Translations under genes and position numbers: made by a program
In this document: piece after piece, positions 15,803-19,786 of the stretch
Layout of the letters: each line of letters begins with the position of its first letter
Numbering within the stretch: position 1 is the first letter of the stretch
DNA from: Candidatus Latescibacterota bacterium
GTDB lineage: Bacteria > Latescibacterota > UBA2968 > GCA-2709665
Direction of reading: 5' to 3'
Assembly: GCA_963662665.2 (NCBI GenBank)
Contig: CAXXJS010000029.1
Coordinates: 1-19,786, forward strand
DNA length: 19,786 nucleotides
Notes under the pieces: generated by a model
Seen by the model: only the letters and a program-made list of their open reading frames with translations
Told to the model about the DNA's origin: nothing
Databases searched by the model: none

Positions 15803-17181
15803 CCGAACCAACCATTCTGGTGGTAGACGACGAACGTAACATACGGCGGTCCCTGGAAATAATCCTTTCGGCCGAAGGCTACCGGGTTGTCTGCGCGGCT
15901 TCCGGCGGTGAAGCTCTGGCCGCGTTGAAATCCGAGTCGCCGCAGGTGGTCCTGCTGGATATCGTACTGCCCGGGACAAACGGAATCGAAATCCTGAAAA
16001 CCGCCCGGCAGAGCTACCCGAACCTGGCAGTCATTATGATTTCAGGCCACGGGACCGTCCACGATGCGGTCGTGGCGACGAAACTGGGCGCGTACGATTT
16101 CCTGGAAAAACCGCTTTCCAGGGAAAAGGTCCTGCTCACCCTCTCCCACGCCCTGGAGAGTATCGAACTGACCGAAGAGAATCGCAATCTGCGCCGAAAG
16201 TTTGAAACACGATTCGAGATGGTGGGCAACAGCAACGCCATCGCTTCGGTACGCGAACAGATCGGGAAGGTCGCGCCAACGAACGGACGCGTACTCATCC
16301 TGGGCGAGAGCGGTACCGGCAAGGAACTGGTTGCCAGGGACATCCACCGAAACAGCAGGCGGTGCGAGGGCCCGTTCGTCAAGGTCAACTGTGCCGCGAT
16401 TCCTGAAGAACTCATTGAAAGCGAACTGTTCGGCAGCGACCGCGGCGCGTTTACGGGCTCGGTGAAAACCCGAGACGGGAAGTTCCTGCTTGCGGACGGC
16501 GGAACGCTTTTCCTGGACGAAATCGGCGATATGAGCCTGAGCGTCCAGGCCAAGGTCTTGCGGGCTCTCGAGCAGGGAGAATTCGAGCGCGTTGGCGGAT
16601 CAAAGACCCTGAGAGTGGATGTAAGGGTGATCGCCGCAACCAACAAGAACCTGCAACAACAGGTCGAGAACGGGGCTTTCCGCGAAGACCTCTACTTCAG
16701 GCTCAATGTCGTGCCCATTACAGCCCCGCCGCTGAGGGATCGAAGAGACGACGTACCCCTGCTCTCCGCGCATTTTCTGAAGGGATATGCCAATGAAAAC
16801 GACTTCCGCGCCAAGACCCTCACGCCCGGCGCGATCGAGGCGCTGAAGAACTACGGCTGGCCGGGCAACATCAGGGAGCTCAAGAACCTGATAGAACGGC
16901 TCTCCATTATGGTCGCTGAAGATACGGTTGACGTGCATCACCTGCCTGGTCTGGACGGACCACAACTCGCCCGGTCCGGCGAAACCCCCGGCGAGGAAAC
17001 GGCGGTCCCAGGCGTCGATTCGGGAAAGAGCCTCCATGAAGTCCGTGAGGCCGTGGAAAGGGCCTACATCTCAGATGCATTGAAAAACAACGCCTGGAAC
17101 GTCACAAGGGCCGCAAGATTGCTGGGTGTTGACCGCACGAATCTCCACAAGAAAATCAAGTACTACAATATCGAACGCTGA
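15799..17181 (+). CDS. ntrX: NtrX-like sigma54-dependent response regulator (REC-AAA+-HTH), 460 aa
   Basis: REC motifs: ILVVDDE, LLDI, MISGHG, FLEKP. AAA+ motifs: GESGTGKE, ESELFGSDRGAFTGS, FLDEI, FREDLYFRL, WPGNIREL. HTH: WNVTRAARLLGVDRTNLHKK. ATGA overlap with the kinase stop and a GGAGGAG RBS. Confidence 0.93.
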   Translation: MTEPTILVVDDERNIRRSLEIILSAEGYRVVCAASGGEALAALKSESPQVVLLDIVLPGTNGIEILKTARQSYPNLAVIMISGHGTVHDAVVATKLGAYDFLEKPLSREKVLLTLSHALESIELTEENRNLRRKFETRFEMVGNSNAIASVREQIGKVAPTNGRVLILGESGTGKELVARDIHRNSRRCEGPFVKVNCAAIPEELIESELFGSDRGAFTGSVKTRDGKFLLADGGTLFLDEIGDMSLSVQAKVLRALEQGEFERVGGSKTLRVDVRVIAATNKNLQQQVENGAFREDLYFRLNVVPITAPPLRDRRDDVPLLSAHFLKGYANENDFRAKTLTPGAIEALKNYGWPGNIRELKNLIERLSIMVAEDTVDVHHLPGLDGPQLARSGETPGEETAVPGVDSGKSLHEVREAVERAYISDALKNNAWNVTRAARLLGVDRTNLHKKIKYYNIER

Positions 17182-17232
17182 CAGGGCACGGGACGGTCGC
17201 GACGCTGCCCAAATGGACGTCGCGATCACGCA

Positions 17233-18390
17233 GTGGACACCCAGAGATCAGGATTGAAAGCAGCGTTTCTCATACTTCTCCCCATTTTCGCCTGGGTCTC
17301 CGACGCCGGTGCGCAGCAGGAGGACGTTTCCTGGCTGGAGAAGCTCTACCGCAACGCACGGCTCCGATACAATCGCGTGGAAGGTTCCTACCTGGGGTAT
17401 CGCCTTTCCCTCAACCACAAAGACCAGCCGCGACTTACGGTCTTTGCCGAAAGTGGTTACGGCTTTGCCAACCGATCGCCCAGATGGGAAGCCGGCCTGG
17501 ACTACCGCGGCCCCGGGACCAGCCTGACCTTCGCTGTTTTCGACAGGACCGAATCCCATGATCGGGACATCGTGGGCACCACCGAAAACAGTCTCTTCAG
17601 CGCCCTCTTCAAATGGAACCACCGCGACTACTTCCGGGCCAAAAACGGGATTGAAACGAAGGTTTCGTTCAGGCCGCGCCCAACACTCTTCTTACTGGGC
17701 GGCCTGACCGCGTTCCGGTGTGAGCCAATGCAAGTCAGGACCGACTGGAGCCTGTTCTTCCGGAGCCGACCCTTTCGAATCAACCCACCCGCACGTCCCG
17801 GCGACGTCGGCGTGCTGCACGCGGGTGTTGCGGTCGACACACGCGTCAGGAGCCCTCTTTTCCGAAATGCTTGGTACGGCAGAATCCTCTTCGAACGCGG
17901 CCTTCGGGATTTCGCCTTCCACGGACTCACCCTGGACGCAAGACGTTTTCAGAAGGTCGGATTCGGCAGGCAAGGCCTGATTGTCCGGGCTCGCTTGAGC
18001 ACCCGGGAGAGTATAGCGCCGCAGTTCATTTTCGGCATGGGCGGCGTGGGTACCCTGCGCGGATACGCCATCAAGGAATTCCCTGCCAACCGACTGATTA
18101 TATTCAACTTCGAATACGCCTTCCGAGGCGACGTTCTTCCGAAGATCCCGATCAGAGGTTTCAACCTGCTCAATCTCACGATCTTCGCGGACACGGGATG
18201 GTCCGAAATTGCGCCTGAATCCGCCCACCTGTTTGAAGGATTCGAAGGCCTGGGCCCAACATCCTTCAGGACGAGTACAGGCCTCGGTATTGCGCTTCCC
18301 CGGCAACTCCTCCGAATGGACGTCGCCCGCCGGCTGGACAGGGACGACGACGCCTGGACCCTTTCCGTAAGACTCAGATTCGACCTCTGA
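17233..18390 (+). CDS. Omp85-superfamily-like outer-membrane beta-barrel without a POTRA domain, ~385 aa
   Basis: Signal peptide (..FLILLPIFAWVSDAGA-QQ), RYNRVEG, alternating beta-strand pattern, FGMGGVGTLRGY loop motif, IFADTGW, and C-terminal strand LSVRLRFDL. The GTG start has no clear RBS. Confidence 0.78.
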   Translation: MDTQRSGLKAAFLILLPIFAWVSDAGAQQEDVSWLEKLYRNARLRYNRVEGSYLGYRLSLNHKDQPRLTVFAESGYGFANRSPRWEAGLDYRGPGTSLTFAVFDRTESHDRDIVGTTENSLFSALFKWNHRDYFRAKNGIETKVSFRPRPTLFLLGGLTAFRCEPMQVRTDWSLFFRSRPFRINPPARPGDVGVLHAGVAVDTRVRSPLFRNAWYGRILFERGLRDFAFHGLTLDARRFQKVGFGRQGLIVRARLSTRESIAPQFIFGMGGVGTLRGYAIKEFPANRLIIFNFEYAFRGDVLPKIPIRGFNLLNLTIFADTGWSEIAPESAHLFEGFEGLGPTSFRTSTGLGIALPRQLLRMDVARRLDRDDDAWTLSVRLRFDL

Positions 18391-18428
18391 TTCAAACCGT
18401 GCGCCTCCGGATACCGCAACGGGGAATG

Positions 18429-18460
18429 AAAAAGCCCCGGGGAACTCCTCTCCGGGGCTT
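18429..18460 (-). terminator. Intrinsic terminator for ahcY, possibly bidirectional
   Basis: Minus strand AAGCCCCGGAGA-GGAGT-TCCCCGGGGCTTTTT is a GC-rich stem plus U-tract between convergent genes. Confidence 0.8.
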
Positions 18461-18493
18461 CTCCAATCGCCTTTGCGCGGGCCATCGGCCGGT

Positions 18494-19744
18494 TTACGTG
18501 CCCTCCTGCCAGGAGCCGAGATACCGCTCCTGGTCGGCGGTCAGCGAATCAATATGTACGTCCATTGCATCCAGTTGCAGGCGGGCAACCTCCCGGTCGA
18601 TCTCATCGGGCAACCGGTACACCCTGGGTTCCAGTTTATCGGCGTTCCTGATGCCGTATTCCACCCCGAGGGCCTGATCGCAGAACGACAGCGACATCAC
18701 GGTGGACGGATGGCCCTCCGCGCACGCGAGGTTCACGAGACGGCCTTCGCCGCACAGGAACAGCGAGCGACCGTTCATGATATATTCGTGAAACAGGGGC
18801 CGCACTTCCACTTTTTTTTCGGCCATCGCCTCGAGCCCGTCCACGTCGATCTCCAGATCGAAATGGCCGGCATTGGCCACCACCGCGCCGTCCTTCATTG
18901 CGTTCATATGCTTTGCGCTGATAACGTGCTTGTTGCCGGTCACCGTCACGAACAAATCACCGATCCCGGCAGCGAGCGCCATCGGCATCACCCGGAACCC
19001 GTCCATCCGCGCCTGCAGCGCGCGAAACGGATCCACTTCCGTGACAATGACCTCCGCTCCCAGTCCCCGCGCTCTTGACGCAACGCCCTTGCCGCAACTG
19101 CCATAGCCGGCCACAACGACCGCCTGCCCGCTGATCAGCAGGTTGGATGCCCGCACAACGCCGTCCAGCGCCGACTGCCCCGTGCCGTAGAAATTGTCCA
19201 TCAGGTGTTTGGTATCGCAGTCGTTGACGGCAATGATGGGGTATTTCAGCGCATTGTCTTTTTCCATCGCACGCAGGCGGATGATACCGGTTGTGGTCTC
19301 CTCGCAACCGCATACGATCTCGGGGATCAGATCGGCGTAGTTCGTATGGACCTCGTTCACCAGGTCGCAGCCGTCGTCGATGGTCACGTGCGGCCGGGTC
19401 TCTATAACGGCACGGAGATACCGGTAGTAGTCGTCCCGCGTTTCGCCCTTGTAGGCGTACACCGCGACGTCCTCGGCCGCGAGCGCCGCCGCCACGTCGT
19501 CCTGGGTGGAAAGCGGATTGCAGCCTGTTATCGACACGGTGGCGCCGCCGGCCCGAAGCGTCCGCACGAGCACCGCGGTCTCCTTGGTTACGTGGAGTGC
19601 CATGCCGATCCGGTATCCCGAGAGTGGTTTTTCCCGCTCGAAGCGCTCCCGTACCTTCAACAGGGCGCCCATCTGTTTCTCGGCCCATTCGATATTTCTG
19701 AATCCCTGTTCCGCAAGACCAATGTCCTTTACCTCGTAACCCAC
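18494..19744 (-). CDS. ahcY: S-adenosylhomocysteine hydrolase (short type), 416 aa
   Basis: Motifs: LHVTKETA, GCNPLSTQDDVAAAL, IDDGCDL, EETTTG, GYGSCGKG, NAGHFD, GEGRLVNLACAEGHP. GTG 19744 follows GGAGAGGAG. Confidence 0.97.
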   Translation of the reverse strand: MGYEVKDIGLAEQGFRNIEWAEKQMGALLKVRERFEREKPLSGYRIGMALHVTKETAVLVRTLRAGGATVSITGCNPLSTQDDVAAALAAEDVAVYAYKGETRDDYYRYLRAVIETRPHVTIDDGCDLVNEVHTNYADLIPEIVCGCEETTTGIIRLRAMEKDNALKYPIIAVNDCDTKHLMDNFYGTGQSALDGVVRASNLLISGQAVVVAGYGSCGKGVASRARGLGAEVIVTEVDPFRALQARMDGFRVMPMALAAGIGDLFVTVTGNKHVISAKHMNAMKDGAVVANAGHFDLEIDVDGLEAMAEKKVEVRPLFHEYIMNGRSLFLCGEGRLVNLACAEGHPSTVMSLSFCDQALGVEYGIRNADKLEPRVYRLPDEIDREVARLQLDAMDVHIDSLTADQERYLGSWQEGT

Positions 19745-19786
19745 GTGTGTCTCCTCTCCATCCGCATCAGGGCCTGTTTTCACCGG

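Noticed and set aside
17195-17227. TCGCGACG/CGTCGCGA inverted repeat between ntrX and the second barrel gene
   Set aside because: It has a long loop and no U-tract, so it is not called a terminator. It could be an mRNA-stability hairpin, but there is no support for that.

Overview
This is a GC-rich bacterial chromosomal window with 12 supportable coding regions. On the minus strand, from right to left, the left half carries lutC, a LutB-CCG fusion, and a ~1610-aa Ser/Thr kinase-STAND ATPase-TPR-GAF-sigma54 activator. These are followed by an intergenic sigma54 promoter with three TGT-N12-ACA palindromes and an IHF site, a sigma54 activator with no sensory domain, and a cluster of REP-like hairpins. 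The left half ends with an Ldh_2-family dehydrogenase truncated at 74 aa and a lower-GC unknown ORF (>=313 aa) that is missing from the ORF track and runs off the window edge. On the plus strand, the right half carries an Ord/DapB-like amine dehydrogenase. A second sigma54 promoter then heads an Omp85(1 POTRA)-DUF4390-NtrY-NtrX-Omp85(no POTRA) cluster, which converges on ahcY through an intrinsic terminator. The most interesting candidate system is an apparent two-tier sigma54 cascade: an NLR-like kinase/STAND/TPR sensor-activator sits directly upstream of a sigma54 promoter that drives a 'headless' enhancer-binding protein. No rRNA, tRNA, CRISPR array or transposase was seen. All family calls come from motif recognition by eye, not database searches.
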